NCBI GenBank assembly: GCA_010405405.1
Contig: MU004239.1
Span: 1,240,001 to 1,304,000 of the forward strand
DNA length: 64,000 bases
From: Microthyrium microscopicum
Lineage: Eukaryota
Reading direction: 5' to 3'
Part shown: positions 11,176 to 25,200 of the stretch, one piece after another
Position numbering within the stretch: the first letter of the stretch is position 1
How the letters are laid out: each line of letters starts with the position of its first letter
Position numbers and translations under genes: made by a program
Notes under the pieces: model-generated
The model's database searches: none
The model's input: the letters and a program-made list of their open reading frames with translations, nothing else
Told to the model about the DNA's origin: nothing

Positions 11176-14100
11176 ATGCGTCTCTTGCAGATTGACGAGA
11201 CCGGACGTGTCAGCCTGACGAGAAATCACATCAACAACATCCCTCCATATGCCATCCTTTCACACACCTGGGGCAGTGATGAGGATGAAGTCACCTTTCA
11301 GGAGCTATCGACCGGAACTGGAACACATAAGGTGGGCTTTACAAAGATTAGGTTCTGCGGCCAGCAGGCTGCTAAAGATGGCCTACAATATTTCTGGGTC
11401 GATACCTGTGCCATTGATAAATCAAGCTCCACGGAGCTACAGGAATCTATAAACTCTATGTTCGCCTGGTATCGTAACGCCAAAAAGTGTTATGTATACC
11501 TTACAGATGTCCCCACAAATACTTCTATCCCATGGCAGACGGCGTTTCATAAAAGCCGGTGGTTCACTCGTGGCTGGACTCTTCAAGAACTCCTCGCGCC
11601 ATCGTCGGTTGAATTCTTCTCAAAGGACCAACGACTTGGTGATAAGAGATCACTGGAGCAAGATATTCATGAGATTACTGGCATTGCAGTTGAAGCTCTT
11701 CAAAACAATGACCTTTCCAGTTTTAGCGTTGAAGAGCGCATGAGTTGGACCGAGAACCGCAACACCTTACGGGAAGAGGATAAAGTCTACTCTCTTCTAG
11801 GCATCTTTGGTGTATACATGCCAATGCTCTACAGCGAAGGACAAAACAACGCGTTCCGCCGCCTAAGGGAAGAAATCGCCAAAAATGAAAACATGAGTTG
11901 TGTCTCCGCTCTTCCTACTACGCAGACCCTCGATGGCAAGTTTATATCCTGTGCTGGGAGCTTTCAAAGCATCCACAACAATACATTTCATCGTGCTAAC
12001 GCAATCCCCGGGCACATCCTCAGGATAATAATCTTGCCCAAGACTTAGCTGGAATATCTTCGGAGCAACGAAAGATGCAGTCTCAGATAACGGAAATGGC
12101 CAAAGCCTTGGTTGCTCTACAGGCGAGAATGCAAAGTAATGGGTTTGCTTCCGCTACTTTGATCATTGGATCTGCGACGGATGCCTCAATAGCCATTTCG
12201 CACGTCTTTGGATCTTTGAACAACGTGTCCTATGCTCTCTCAAGCAGTAAAGCGACCACCACCTCTGGCTGTCTAAAATTTCTATGGCTTCGACAAGAGC
12301 TCGAGAATAATATGGCCGACGTTCAGTTCGCTTCAGCTAATGAGCTCAGAGCAGGACAAGGACGACATCGGGCAGTGGGGAATGATCCTAAGGCTGGCTC
12401 GAAGTCGTTCCCCCAAGACTTGGTAAAACACCAATTAAGAATAGGCCAAGAGCAAAACTCCAAAGACTATGACTCATCTGAAGTGAACATGCCAGCTGGT
12501 CAGCTTAGTTCGTCGTTCGTCAAACAGCAGAAAAGTAGAAGAATACTCGCAGCGCGGGCTATTTTCATACCAGCTACTTATACACAGTCATACATCAAAG
12601 GTTTTTATGCAATATCTGTAAGGGACAGCCTGTCGCAGCCTTGTGGACGAACTTTTTCAACATTCCGAATCGTCCCTCAAGATTCGAAAATTTTCTTGTA
12701 CATACAAGAAGGCGATCTGATAGCAATTCGTCACCTTCTCACAACTAGTCAAATATGTCCAAATGATCGTGATGAAGCAGGATACTCCTTACTCCAGGTA
12801 GGTCGCTTGTCACTCTAGACAACATTTTTTACTAAGCGGCATTAGTGGGCCATAGCTAATGGCCAATATCAAGTCTGTCAACTGCTCATTCAAGAAGGTG
12901 CAAACTACATGGACGTAGATAGGTAAGTCTGAGCCTTTTTTCTTTGGCCAGTGTTCAACCAGGGAGACTATCTTAGCTCCGCTACGATGCTTTTCCAAGG
13001 GTCGCATGGCTGACAACGAGCATACATGCGCCACTGCAAGAACTTCAGAGGCTGGCAGGAAAGCACAATACCCGTTGCTGACGATAGAAGTAGGCGCGGA
13101 CGATCTGCATTGACTTCATTCCTCCTGGAGAGAAAATCTGGTTCCAGTCTACATAATTCTTCTCCCTACACTCAAGAGTCGGTCACCGATCTCATCATGC
13201 GTCTCTTCACTCGATTATGTGGACCCGATGGTGGAACAACATTCCAGTTCTCGAAAGTAGGAATTAATAGCCACACTCGGAACATATGTTTTGTTCCCCA
13301 TCTCCAGCAAATCATGGACTTCTTTCCAAACGAAACGGCTGAAGTTTGCATGTTCCAACCATTGCGCTACATACTCGCATACGGCTGTGACTTGGAAGAA
13401 GTAGATGTTTTTGGGAGAACCGCACTTCTGGCATCAGTTCATCGGGTCTCTCGGGCTCATGTTGTTCAGACTATGGAATTGCTACTTCAGTTCAAGGCAA
13501 GTTTTTTAGTAGTGGACAGAAATGGTTGGGGAGTGCTACACTATCTCTTCGATGCGATCTCTAGGTGTATGAACGCATATGCCCAGCCACAAGTGCATGA
13601 GCCAATGACGCGTCTAATATCAAAGCTGCTGTTGGGAGGATGCAACCCAAATGCTACGGGCACGGCGTATAAGACTCCGTCTGACCTGGCCCTTTCTCCC
13701 GTTACGTGGGTGATCTGGTGTGATGCGCTGAACGCCGCGGCACTGGACCCTCATGAGATAATACTTGAAGACGATCGGATTCATCAAGTAGCCACTCCAG
13801 TAAAATTCGTAGCACACAGATATCCCCAATACTCAAGCTCCCGCCCACCAGGATGGGCGGTATTAAGCGAGCAAACATCTACATCCGCATCAAATTGCGA
13901 GACTCCATGTATTCTTTGTGGACTTTCAGATGACTGGACGCATTTCCGACTGCCGTTTGATTCTCAAGGATCTTGCTTGTATCAGAATCAGTCAGGTGCA
14001 CATGGCCATTTCTCATCTTATAATCATAGAAATAAAACTTGCTGCACAAACCAATGGAAGCTGCTATCATGCCATCACGAAACCCATCGGTTCTATGGCC

Positions 14101-14255
14101 AAGAATCTCATCAGCAATGGTCTCAAAGGTCTATAAGCCTCAGGAAACATGTTGCGTACAGACTGTGGAAGGACAAGATACTAGCTGACCCGGACACCGC
14201 GTATACGTGGGCCTCTGGACTGTCGCCCGATTGGGAAACCATGCCTGATGATTAA
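11176..14255 (+). CDS. HET-domain protein probably joined to an ankyrin-repeat region and a Cys/His-rich C-terminus (heterokaryon incompatibility-like)
   Basis: HET-E-type motifs YAILSHTWG, FWVDTCAIDK, SRWFTRGWTLQELLAP, EEDKVYSLLGIF. ORFs 12075 and 13026 are joined through a small exon (~12847-12922, WAIANGQYQVCQLLIQEGAN), forming ankyrin repeats. The HET-to-ANK junction (~11936-12048) is uncertain. Confidence 0.7.
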
Positions 14256-14844
14256 ACTCAGTAAGCCGACGTGAAGGCCCTGACGACTTTCCTCACGACT
14301 TTCCTCAAGCGTTGCTAAGTGGAAGCTGTTTTGAGGTCGCTGCGAATCATAATATATCACACTTTTTTAGTGAGGAGCAAAACAATGGAAAATTTCAAGC
14401 CAGTGATTTTCTCGCTTCTAGTTGCAACAGATTGTACAATAGGAGATGCTCGACTTTCAATAATAGACACAGGTTAAGAAGCTTGGAGACCCGTGATATG
14501 TTCGACTTGGTGCGCTATAATTGGCAATATTGTTACATTGAGCATGTACATAAGAGCAGTACTCCCTGTTCAAAGATCGTGATCCACAGAATGGTCAGCT
14601 TGGCCATGAAGAATGATTCATGATTCACTATCTTGCTCGGGTATGTTCTCCCTTTTACACTCATTTACCTTGCACTGTGTCTTGATTCAGGATTGATATG
14701 AAGATAGGTCTTCGCAGAGGTTTGGCATCCCGGCTTTGAGGCTCCATGAGGTAGGGATTCAAGCATTTCTGCCGACTGGACCGAAAACTCGGTCAGAGCT
14801 ATTTTTGATCGAGGCCACGTAGCTTTGAAGGTATAGCTCCAATT

Positions 14845-15564
14845 TCATATGCCATGTGAGCTCGCTACAGCATCTGGAGGCGGCAGATTTTGTATCCGCT
14901 TGAGCTCTGCATCTTCATGTCCGATGAGAGATACACCAGCTTCTTGCAAAGCTGTCTCAAGCTTCGCGATATTTTCAGGTGATGGATCAACAGGCTTTGT
15001 GCCTTCTCGAATGATGAATGTCTTGAAGCCTTCCTTCGCCGCATCGATGGCAGTATACTTGACACAGTAGTCATATGCGAGGCCAACAACATAGCAATGC
15101 GTTACGCCAACACTCTTTAGCAGATGAGCCAGTGAACTTTTCGATACTGGTGTTGGAAATGGATCTTGGAACGCAGAGTACATCTCGACACGCTTATCCG
15201 TTCCTTTTTCAACGATATGCGTTATCTTGTTGATATGCAGCTCTGGTACGAGTTGACTACCAGGAGTATTCTGAATGCAATGATCAGGCCATAGAAGCGT
15301 GGTTTCCGTCTCCTCATCATTCAAAGGATTCTGAATGGTGATGCTAGTCTGGAATGCCTTTGCATCTTTATGGTTGCTTGCGAACGATATGTGGTCCGGT
15401 GGATGCCAGTCTTTAGTTGCGACTTTGACGACGAATGGCAAATCAAGTAATTGATTCACTACAGGCGCAATATCACCTCCATTCGCAACGGCAAGCGACC
15501 CATTGGGTGGACAAAAGTCTTCCTGGAAGTCCACGATAATCAATGCTGGTTTGAAGAAAGCCAT
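14845..15564 (-). CDS. PNC1: Nicotinamidase/pyrazinamidase (isochorismatase family)
   Basis: ALIIVDFQEDFC, KDWHPPDHISFAS, WPDHCIQ, EKG..EMYSAF, VVGLAYDYCV. Confidence 0.97.
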   Translation of the reverse strand: MAFFKPALIIVDFQEDFCPPNGSLAVANGGDIAPVVNQLLDLPFVVKVATKDWHPPDHISFASNHKDAKAFQTSITIQNPLNDEETETTLLWPDHCIQNTPGSQLVPELHINKITHIVEKGTDKRVEMYSAFQDPFPTPVSKSSLAHLLKSVGVTHCYVVGLAYDYCVKYTAIDAAKEGFKTFIIREGTKPVDPSPENIAKLETALQEAGVSLIGHEDAELKRIQNLPPPDAVASSHGI

Positions 15565-16956
15565 TGTTCGACTTGAGGCCAATGTCGACGAATGGAAGTT
15601 GGAGAGGCAGATGGCAAGTTCCGTGAGATTTGCCGTATCCGTGTTTTAAGTTACACAGACGTCTGACTGATGCGCAGTGATGATTGATCCGATGGAGGGG
15701 TGTTTAGCCTCGAGGTGGGATTAAGTGACCCAGCTGCCCGGATATGCGGGGGGTTTAAGCAACGGCTAACCGACCTAGATATTGGTACTATTTGGTATCT
15801 TTTTTAGTATATAGGACCTTAAAGACTGCAATAAATACAACAAACGGTACACATCAAGCTTTATCTGGTGCGACCAATCCCATATTAGAGTCCATGCTTT
15901 GAGGCAATAGCGCGAACCGTGAGATGCTCGCTTCGCGCCGCACAGTATAGCGAGGCTATAGTGACTCGTAATACAGTGAGAAAGTGTTGCAAGCGAACAA
16001 GGGCTGGGATCAAGAGTTATCTTTACTTTTAGCGAGCATTGGGTGGACGGGATAGTGGAAGCTTTACCTTGTACGGGACGGGGGTTTCCTGCGGTCCACG
16101 ACTAGGAAGTATTTGTCAAAATGGCAGTAATCAACACAGGCATGGGAACTATTGCAATTGGGTATGGTACCGGTAATCGCTGACTTCGATGGCAATCTAC
16201 TGGCGAGAAAAGCGATTGGAACAAACATGAAGTCGAGCAAGCACAGACTGTACGTAAGTACGAAGACCGACTAAACTTGCCTTCAATGACTCGATATTGG
16301 CTTGCTGCCCACTAAGTTAACGTGCATGCGAACTTGAGGACAATATATTCTAGAACAACAGGTTGACGCGTAGTGCGGTTGCTATAAATGAATTGCGGGT
16401 GGAAAAGATCCAAATATCTGGTTTGTTCCAAGTTTATCCCAACAAGTGGTACTTCACTGCAAGAATTGGTGCATCATTGCCTCCTGGCTACTCTTTTCTT
16501 GGTTCCGGCCAAGTACTCTTCTTCACCCCAGCGACAACGCTGTTTTTCGCTGTTCATTTGGTACCAATTGCATTTGATGGCCTTACGAAGGTCAATGGAA
16601 GCGACTTCCAATTACGACCAAAACGCTCTGGTAGAAGCGACATAATTTAGGATTTTCGGAAGGTTTATGAGCGCATCAGGCTGAACCCCTACTCTGGCTC
16701 GTGTGTCTAAGATTGAACTGGCTTACTTTCGGAGCATTGATACAGTTCTTCGACCCCCTACCCTTTAGCGACTTTCAACTATCATGACCTTTCCTGCATC
16801 GTCTCAAATTCTCTCAAAACAACAAGATATTTCGAAAGTTACGCTGCCCAGTGTTCACTGAGCAGTGAGGATCACCATCCATCTTCAAGTCGATGAGCGC
16901 GCTCCAAGTCTGACACGGAACAAGCCGTCGCGCAGTACAACTTCCGTTGCACCGAT

Positions 16957-19893
16957 ATGGAGAATTCCGGTCGTCGACGCGAGAGCGAGACGGATTACAG
17001 CGCACAAGTAAACAAGAAGCTGAAATTATCCAACAGAACTGGCCAGGCGTGCGATCGATGCAAGGTACGTCTGAATTTTTGTTCCATTGCCTTGGACGGC
17101 TGGCTGCTTGTTGCACATCAACCACGTGGAGTCGTGGATGTACCTGCTCACAGTGCTGATCGTCACTTCTCGAGCCCATTGTCCAGCAACTCCGAGTCCA
17201 ACACACGTCGCGTACTATCATTCTTGGAATTATTGCAAAGCACTCCCTGAAAAGGGTTGTCTCAAAAAGCCGCAGCTGACCATGATTCCTCTAGCTTCGC
17301 AAAATTCGATGCGACAGTACCGCCGAAGGGTGCCATCCATGCCAGGCCGCAAATTGGGCATGCAAAACCACCGACCGTATCACGGGAAAAGCAACAGTTC
17401 GCGGCCATGCTGAAAAGCTTGAAGACGATGTGCGATCCCTCAAAGCCACCCTCGTAGAATATCATACGCGCTTGAAGGCGTTGGGCGAACATGTCCAACC
17501 ATTGCCCCCGGGGCTCTCATACCCAGAGGAAGACAGTCGTTCATATCCAAATGGACAAACACTTCCTACCGAAAGCCAGCGAAACTGGCCTGCAAGAGCA
17601 AACACGATGTCGTCCTCCGCGACAACGCCGCAACGTACGAGCACGGCTCCATCCATTTCTACCATTATACCCATGCTCTCGAATCCTCCTCCTCCATCTT
17701 CGAATCCCGATCTGCGAATGTTAATGGGCACAAAAGTCTCATTGTTTGGCATGGAAATAGACGGGACAACCTTTGACGATACATTCGGGGATACAGAATC
17801 TCCAAGATCATACCAGGGTGTGCTGGCACTCACCGCCATGTACAATTCTGGTCAAATACAAATACACGCCCCACTGCCTTCAACGAAGAATGAAGCATTA
17901 CACTATGCCGGGCTATATTTCAAACTCGTCAATCCCTATGCGCCTGTTCTAGACAAGAGAGATATGTTCAGTCGGGTGAGTCAAACCTAGTTCAAGGCCG
18001 AGTTCGAGGCTAACCTTTGTAGCTGGACAAAATATACGATGACCCTACCAATACCACCTTTGAAAGGTTTACGATGCCCGAAAAGATAATGGTCCACATG
18101 ATGTTCGGTTGTATAAAGCACCAAATTGGAGTGCGTCGCAGTAGCTCCCCACTCGTCAACGAGGGTATCGAACATTTCAAATATTGTATGGTTCATTTTA
18201 GAGAAGTACTTCAAGGCCGAGAGCTAGGATACGTGCAAGCCGTCTCCTGTCTTGCGCTCTTTTCAAGAAACTATCAAAAACCAGAAGCGGCATGGTTCAT
18301 TATGCACGCTGGACTATGGATAGCGATTGAAATCGGCCTGAACCGATCAGCAAGCACACTATCCGAAGCAGAAAGGTCTGCCTTGACTCCACACAGCGTT
18401 GAGCTCAGGAAGCGATGTTTCTGGACAATTTATGGCCTTTCTGTGATCGTCAGTGGTAGACTTGGGCGGCCAATGCCTATACGACTACAAGACATTGACA
18501 TTGAGTTTCCGGATCCGGTGCACGACTATTTGCCTAATGAGATAGGAGTTCCTGAATTCGACAAATGCTCATTTCGAGTCTTTATATGTGGATGTCGCCT
18601 CCTCGTCTTGCTTTCTCAGCTCTACAGCACCATGTATTGCGTCAGACGGAACATAGCAACCTTTGACGTAGACATGGCTCGTTTGGAAGAGGAATTTCAT
18701 ATCTGGAAGAACACTATCCCTCCGGAATTAGTAGACCCAGACACTGCCGTGGAGCAAGCGAAACCTTGGGGCTACTACCTTCAGGTCTGGCAATATGAGT
18801 TCATGTTTCTTTTACACCATCCAGTTCTACGTCAAACGGAGAGCAACAATTATGATGGATCAAATCTGCTGTCCTGTTTGAAAACCTGCGACGACATACT
18901 CGATGTCACCAAAAGGCTTTGTAAGATATTGAGCGTGGATTCACAGTGGCTGACTGTGGCATTTCTGTTGGCTGTCGTTTTCACGACTCTGTTCATCCAT
19001 GAATCGCGAAAAGACTGTTTGACCGAGAAAGAGCTCTCCAAGTTAAAGGCAGATATGAATGACTGGCATGAAATCTTTGGACTTCTAGGTAGAATGCTTG
19101 GTAAGATTTGCGGTTATGACTGCTATCAATATAAACGCTAACCATAGGCTCAGGTGGTGGCTCGAAGCTACAAGTAGCTACAAGAAGAATCGTCACGCAA
19201 GCAATCGATAAGCACGATTTACGTTTCGCTGCCAAACGAACAGCAGCGGTAGCAGCCGCGAATATCACCCAACCGCTTCCTTCGTCAACTCCACAACAAA
19301 GCCTTGGATCGCATCCCAACGGAGGCGTCTACGGAACCTCGAATACGAGTACACCAGATCTAATCTTGAGGACCAACATAGCCTCCAAGTCTCCCCAACC
19401 ATATCTCCCCAAAAACTCTACAGTTACCATGGACCAACCGCCCTCCCAATACGTTGCCCACGGCCCACAACCATATCCATATTCAGAAGCCACAACACCG
19501 CAAGTAGGCTATCAAGCCAGCACATTCAGCGACAGCTACCAAGCAGCGCCATCACCCAGCAACGCCAGTACTCAAGCATATACCCCCCAACCACAAGAAC
19601 AATTCTACAGCATGCAGCAAGAAATGGGCCAACAAACACCACTAATGAATCAATGGACTCGCTGGACACAAGGAATCACATCCTACTATCCATCTCCCGT
19701 CAACAACCAAAATATGGCCTCACAAATGGGACAAGATTATATAAACTCGGCCAACTCGCTGGTAGCTCTGAGTGAAGGTAATCGAATACCCATGGAAAGC
19801 CATTCGGTTACACAAGCAAGTAACGATGCGAGAAATATGTGGCCGATGGGATTCTTGGATTCTGCACATGGTGCTAATGGACAGCCTGGTTGA
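16957..19893 (+). CDS. Zn(II)2Cys6 transcription factor with Fungal_trans middle domain (PRF-like)
   Basis: RTGQACDRCK|LRKIRCDSTAEGCHPCQAANWACKTTDRITGKATVRG after removing the intron at ~17066-17294; ELRKRCFWTIY..GRLGRP middle domain; Q/P-rich tail; further introns near 17976 and 19101. Confidence 0.9.
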
Positions 19894-22233
19894 GATATGG
19901 CACAGAGCGGTTTTATGATTATGAGTACCGCAAAGCTTATTAAGATCGGAATTGTGGGGATGTAGGGGAGAAGAGAAAAGCGCACAGCATTTTTAGTATG
20001 CATGAACCTGTTGTTTGATTGCTTTGGTGCACAAGCGAGGCGTTGGACGTGTACAGATATCAGTTTATCGGGTCAGTGATCTACGAAAAGAAACGATTTG
20101 TACATATGTATCAGATACTTCGTTTGGCGGTACAGTTTAATGGCTAGTGACTGTTTTGAGATGACATGGAAGTTTATGATCTGATCATCGGGTTTGCGAG
20201 ATGAAGATGTGAGAAGAGAGATCAGGATGTTGTGATATATTATACAGCCAATGTGGTCTGTGAGATGGGTTTCTAGGCTGGGAAGTACAAGTGACAACGA
20301 GGTTCCTAGGTATGGGCGGATGAATCCGTGTATGGTCTCACAGTCTGATGCACATGCTCTTTGGCTCGATACTGTATATCGCCAAGTCGGGAATAACTCG
20401 AGATCTGGATATGCTCGCAAGTAGACTGTACTCTAGCAATCAGTACATTTGTTGTCATGAAGCAGGAAAACTTGAAAAAGTTAGTCGATTGAAGATTCGT
20501 CAGCAAGTGGAGCTTTCCGGATTCCAATCGTAGAGATCTTGCTAAGATTGAAGCGAGAAAGAGTCAAGTTTTATGCAGTTCAACATCGCCAGCCGATGGA
20601 TGGCAGGTCTCGACAACAGCTTCCCTGCGTCAGCTAGCCACGAGAACTGCACGATGCAATCCTTGTGCAGCACTGCAGCAACGGCGATTTCTTCAGAGCT
20701 TCACGGCTCTTGGAGCTCCACTGATGGCTCCACCTGGGCAAGCTTTCTCTGCGGCGCTGTAGACAAGCCACAAAGGAACGCCTCGTAGATTGTGAATGGT
20801 GAATTGAGAGCGTGCTCTCTCCACACTGGTGGAGTTTCAATGGTTATTTTCACCGCTAAGCTAAAATGGGACAAGATCCTTTCTTGTGCCTGGTGTTCGG
20901 AGACAAACGAGGGTCCAATCCTTGCAGAACCCAAGATGCAATGCCTGTGATTGTCTGCGTGAGTAACTTCATCTCTTCTTTTCTCTTGCAGCACCGCGTA
21001 ATCCGTCGGGTTATCGGGGCCACGCTGTATATTCCGACTGCTAGCTATCCTAGCCGTTGTCATTTCCCGCATCAGGCCTTCTTCAATCGATTCGTCTCGT
21101 CAATGGTATTGTGCTGGGTTGTAGAAACAACCATCTCGACAAAATCCAGGGGTAGCTGGGGAATATTGAGGCTGAAAATAGAAGCCGCTGCAACCTAGCG
21201 CTCGCTTTGGAGCCTCCTATGGCCCCACGAATAATTTCCCAAGGCTCAATTCGTTGATGGACAAGGCTACAAGCGCGTGGCATGGCGCTTTTGACGCGCC
21301 CACTTTCGATATGTGGCGTTCTCTTTGCTTGCTTGACCAGTCTGAGGGTCCAAGGTTGTTGTTTTTGGAAACGTTCCAAGACGGTCAGTCGAGGCTTGCT
21401 CTCCCCTGCTGGCTTGACTAATTCTGGTCGCAATTGGCGAGATCAGCTCAAGGTGGCTGTACGGAAGCTTATTTTCTCGAGATCTTTGATCCATCATGAG
21501 CTTGGGAACTTGGCGGAGACTTTTTTCTGTTAATCCTCCGTGGTGTTCCTGTTCTGGAAGCGAACTCTTTGCGTTCTTCTGCTATACCAATTATATTGAA
21601 TATCGTTCTTCTTTTGCCATATTCCTACCTTTGTATTAGGAGGCCGTCACTCGTTTATCTCGTTTAACATCTATTGCTCGTCAGACACGCGGTTCTTTCC
21701 AATATCCGATCTGCACCTAATCTGTCGCTCCACTTTCAGTCTTGTTCAAGTACCAACCTCGCAGATCTGGAGAATTGAAACTTGCTGTACAGGACGCAGG
21801 CATTACAGCTAGCCATTTTTCTATTCATTCGTTTAATATCCTCTACTTGCATCTATCACGGCCTCTCTCTACAACTTTGTCCCAACTCACCACTCATTGG
21901 ATCACCTCCTCCCCAGCATATTCCACGGCCACGACGTATACCTAGCGACGCAGTACTCTATATCCTAACCTCCCGACTGGAAACTTCTCTCGCTATCCAA
22001 TTTCGGATTATATCCTCCAAGCAGACAACCTTCGCTGTCAACTGTCACAACACGCGGAGCTTGAGCGCGACTTCCGACTCGCTCTTTCCTCACGTTTCCC
22101 GCCGTGCCTCCCTGGCCAACATTTCCAATCCACGCGGCGCGCCAAAGCATGAGTTCTTAACTTGACCACAGAGCTATCTTGCCTCAACACATTCACTCAC
22201 CTACCTCTGCCCTTCCGGAGTCTGCTGTTCACC

Positions 22234-25200
22234 ATGCAGCTCCAGCGCCTCCTCACCGCTCTCCTGCTATGCTGCTCAGCAACATCCGTGGCTGCCATTG
22301 ACGCTCGTGGCCTTGTTGCGCGAGACGATACACCTCCACCTTCAACTACACAAGCTTCGCAGACACAATCGATCAGTGGGGCAAGCAGTACGGCCGAGCC
22401 GCCAGCAACGACACGGGCTGCGAATAATGCGACGAGTTTGGTGCCGTCCATGACTTTTACGACGTCCATGATGACGGTGGCGGCAAATAATCAGACAACG
22501 GCTAATGGTAAGTCAATCTGTGGTGGTATATATCGACATTGGGCTAATGGTGGTAGATCCGGTACCGTTGCCTATACTGCCTCAAATCGATCCTGCGAAT
22601 GCTGTGGCTGGTGTGTTCTTATTGATATCTGGACTGGTCTATACATTTATTGCTGTGCAATGGAGCATGTAAGCTTTTTTTCGAGGGAAATCTTTATGGG
22701 CGCTGATCGGATACAGGGTTCATAATTTCTTTTCGGTCGGCTTCGTGGGAAGCTTGGCGGTGACGGTAAGGAATCATGAATTGCAGATATGAATTGGTGC
22801 TAATGAGTTGTCAGTGTTTAATCGTATTTATTGAGAATCCTGGAGCAAGTGCAGGTCTTGCGGCTGGATATGTCATTGCTGCGCTACTGACTGGCGTGGT
22901 CATGGGTGGTCTATCAACACCATTTGCGCAATTGACTGAAGGTATCGGATGCTTTCTAGGTGGATTTTGCTTGAGCATGTGGCTCCTTACTGTCAAAGAT
23001 GGCGGGCTCATACAGAACAAGGCTGGTAAGGTCATCTTTGTTGCTGGTATGACCTGCGGTATTGGACTTCTCGTTTTCCACAGCTTTACCAGACGACGAG
23101 CTCTGTTGGCTTGCATTCCGTTTTCCGGAGCTACTGCTATCGTTCTTGGTATTGACTGCTTCACGCGTGCTGGACTCAAAGAATTCTGGATATATGTGTG
23201 GGGTAAGCTTGGTTGAATTCATGATAAGTGATGAGTACTAACACTGGCAGATATTAACGAAAACCTCTTCCCTCTCAACACTAATACTTATCCTGTTACA
23301 CGAGCGATCCGGGTCGAATCTGCCTGCATTATTGTCCTGTTCTTTTTCGGACTGGTTGTCAACTTGAAACTCTGGAAGCTGATCCGTAAGAAGGAGGTAG
23401 CTGCCGATGAGGTTCAACGAGCTCAGCAAGATCAATTAGATGAAGTTGAAGCCGCCGCAGGCCTGCGCACTGAAAAGTCTGTTGCCAATGAGAAAGAGCT
23501 TTGGGAACAGCAGTATGGCGGCGAGAAGAAGGGCTCGGTAACCGTGTCTGAGCAAAGTCTCAAGCGTAGTTCGACCAACAGTCAACCAGGAGAGCAACGT
23601 GATACCATCGAGCTGGTCGAAGTTGATGGCGACCACTATGAAGACGACCCTTTGTCACGCGTAACAAGACGGGTGGGTCAAGGAGCCGGCATTACCATCA
23701 ACGTAGATGACCAAGAGTCTGCTTATCCTTCAGCGCTTAAAATCAACAATCCAAGGCCATCATCGGAGATCTTTGCTCGTGCGGCCTCCCCGCAGATTCC
23801 GGAGCGCAGCGCGGCTAGAAACTCTGTCAGAAGTTCCCGGTTGTCAAATGGACCAAGCATCATCCCGCTTCCATTTCCTAACCCTTCAGTGGATAATTCG
23901 AAGAAAGAAAGCACCTCTAGGGACACATCGCGGCGTGCTAGTAGCGAGTCGAAACGAGCATCCAGGGTCTCTCAAAGCAAGTCTCAATCGCAAGATGATC
24001 TCTTGAGTGCTATGACTTCAGAATCGGAGGATTCATCTCTGGCTGTTGTACACGATGATCAGGATTACTTTTCATTTTCCCAACATTCTCCGCCACAATC
24101 TACTCACAGCACTTTCTCGGATAAGGATAAGCGAGAATCATCATTAGTTGAACAATCACTCGATAACACTGGAAAACAGGGAGACGACAAGGACAATGAA
24201 GTCGTCGCAACTAATAATAATGAAGTGGAAGAGGGAAAACCTAGTAATGCAACAATACCTGAAACTGGAAACCCCAAGGAACCACTAAACGAAGAGACAC
24301 CGAAGGAAGCCCATGCTACAGATGGTGATAACAAACTATCAGACAAGGAGGAACAAGACCTTGCTCCAAAGTCCTCCTTCTTAGCACTCACGAGCGCTAA
24401 GCCAAAATCTACAGTTGCATCAACGGTCGATTCGGAAGAGAAAGACACGCATCAAAGGTCAGCATCGGTAATGTCAGATCGTTCAAGCATATCATTGGAT
24501 GCTTTGAAACTGCACACGTCGCCACGGGTGCTAAAAGCATATAAGCAACACAAGACTTTTGAATGGGCAAAGGAATCGACCTTGGCAGAGATGCCGCCAC
24601 TGGAAGAGCTCCAAAGGCCTGAATCTCCTGGTGTGCAGTACGAAGTAAATGAGCCAGAACCACCTCGCAAACCAATCATCGAAGAAAGCTCATCCGAAGA
24701 CGATCAATCGCTGGATTCCACACCACTCGCTTCCACGAGAAACTCCTTCTTGGTCCCCAAAGATGGCTCTCTGTCAAAGCGAAACTCTGATGCATCATCT
24801 GGAGAATCACAGCCTGCAACGATGGCCCAGAGTTTACCAAATATGGCGAGATCTTCCACAGCGCCAACTGGCGGACTCTCACCAGGTGGAAGTCTCGGGA
24901 CAGTACGCCGAAGTTCATACAACGTATCGAGTCCCATGCTCGGTCAACTGTGCGAATCACCCATCGAAGAAGAACCCGAAGCAGAAGGCAGCGAAGAAGC
25001 CAAAGATGCCTCACTGCCCCTTCCATCGAAAAAGGCCACTCTCCTAGGCGAGCGAGAAAACAAGCTCAAAAACCGTCTCTCCAGCGTCGGCTTCTCCACC
25101 TTCTCACAATCAACTCCCAATGTCACCCTACTCGCCCAAGCCAGTCGCCTCTCCCTGCAACCCGAGGGCGACGCCGGTACCCGCAGTCCGCCACTGAACC

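Noticed and set aside
15565..15650. Non-AUG targeting extension or peroxisomal readthrough for PNC1
   Set aside because: The upstream in-frame peptide is not presequence-like, and the stop is not in TGA-CTA context with a PTS1.
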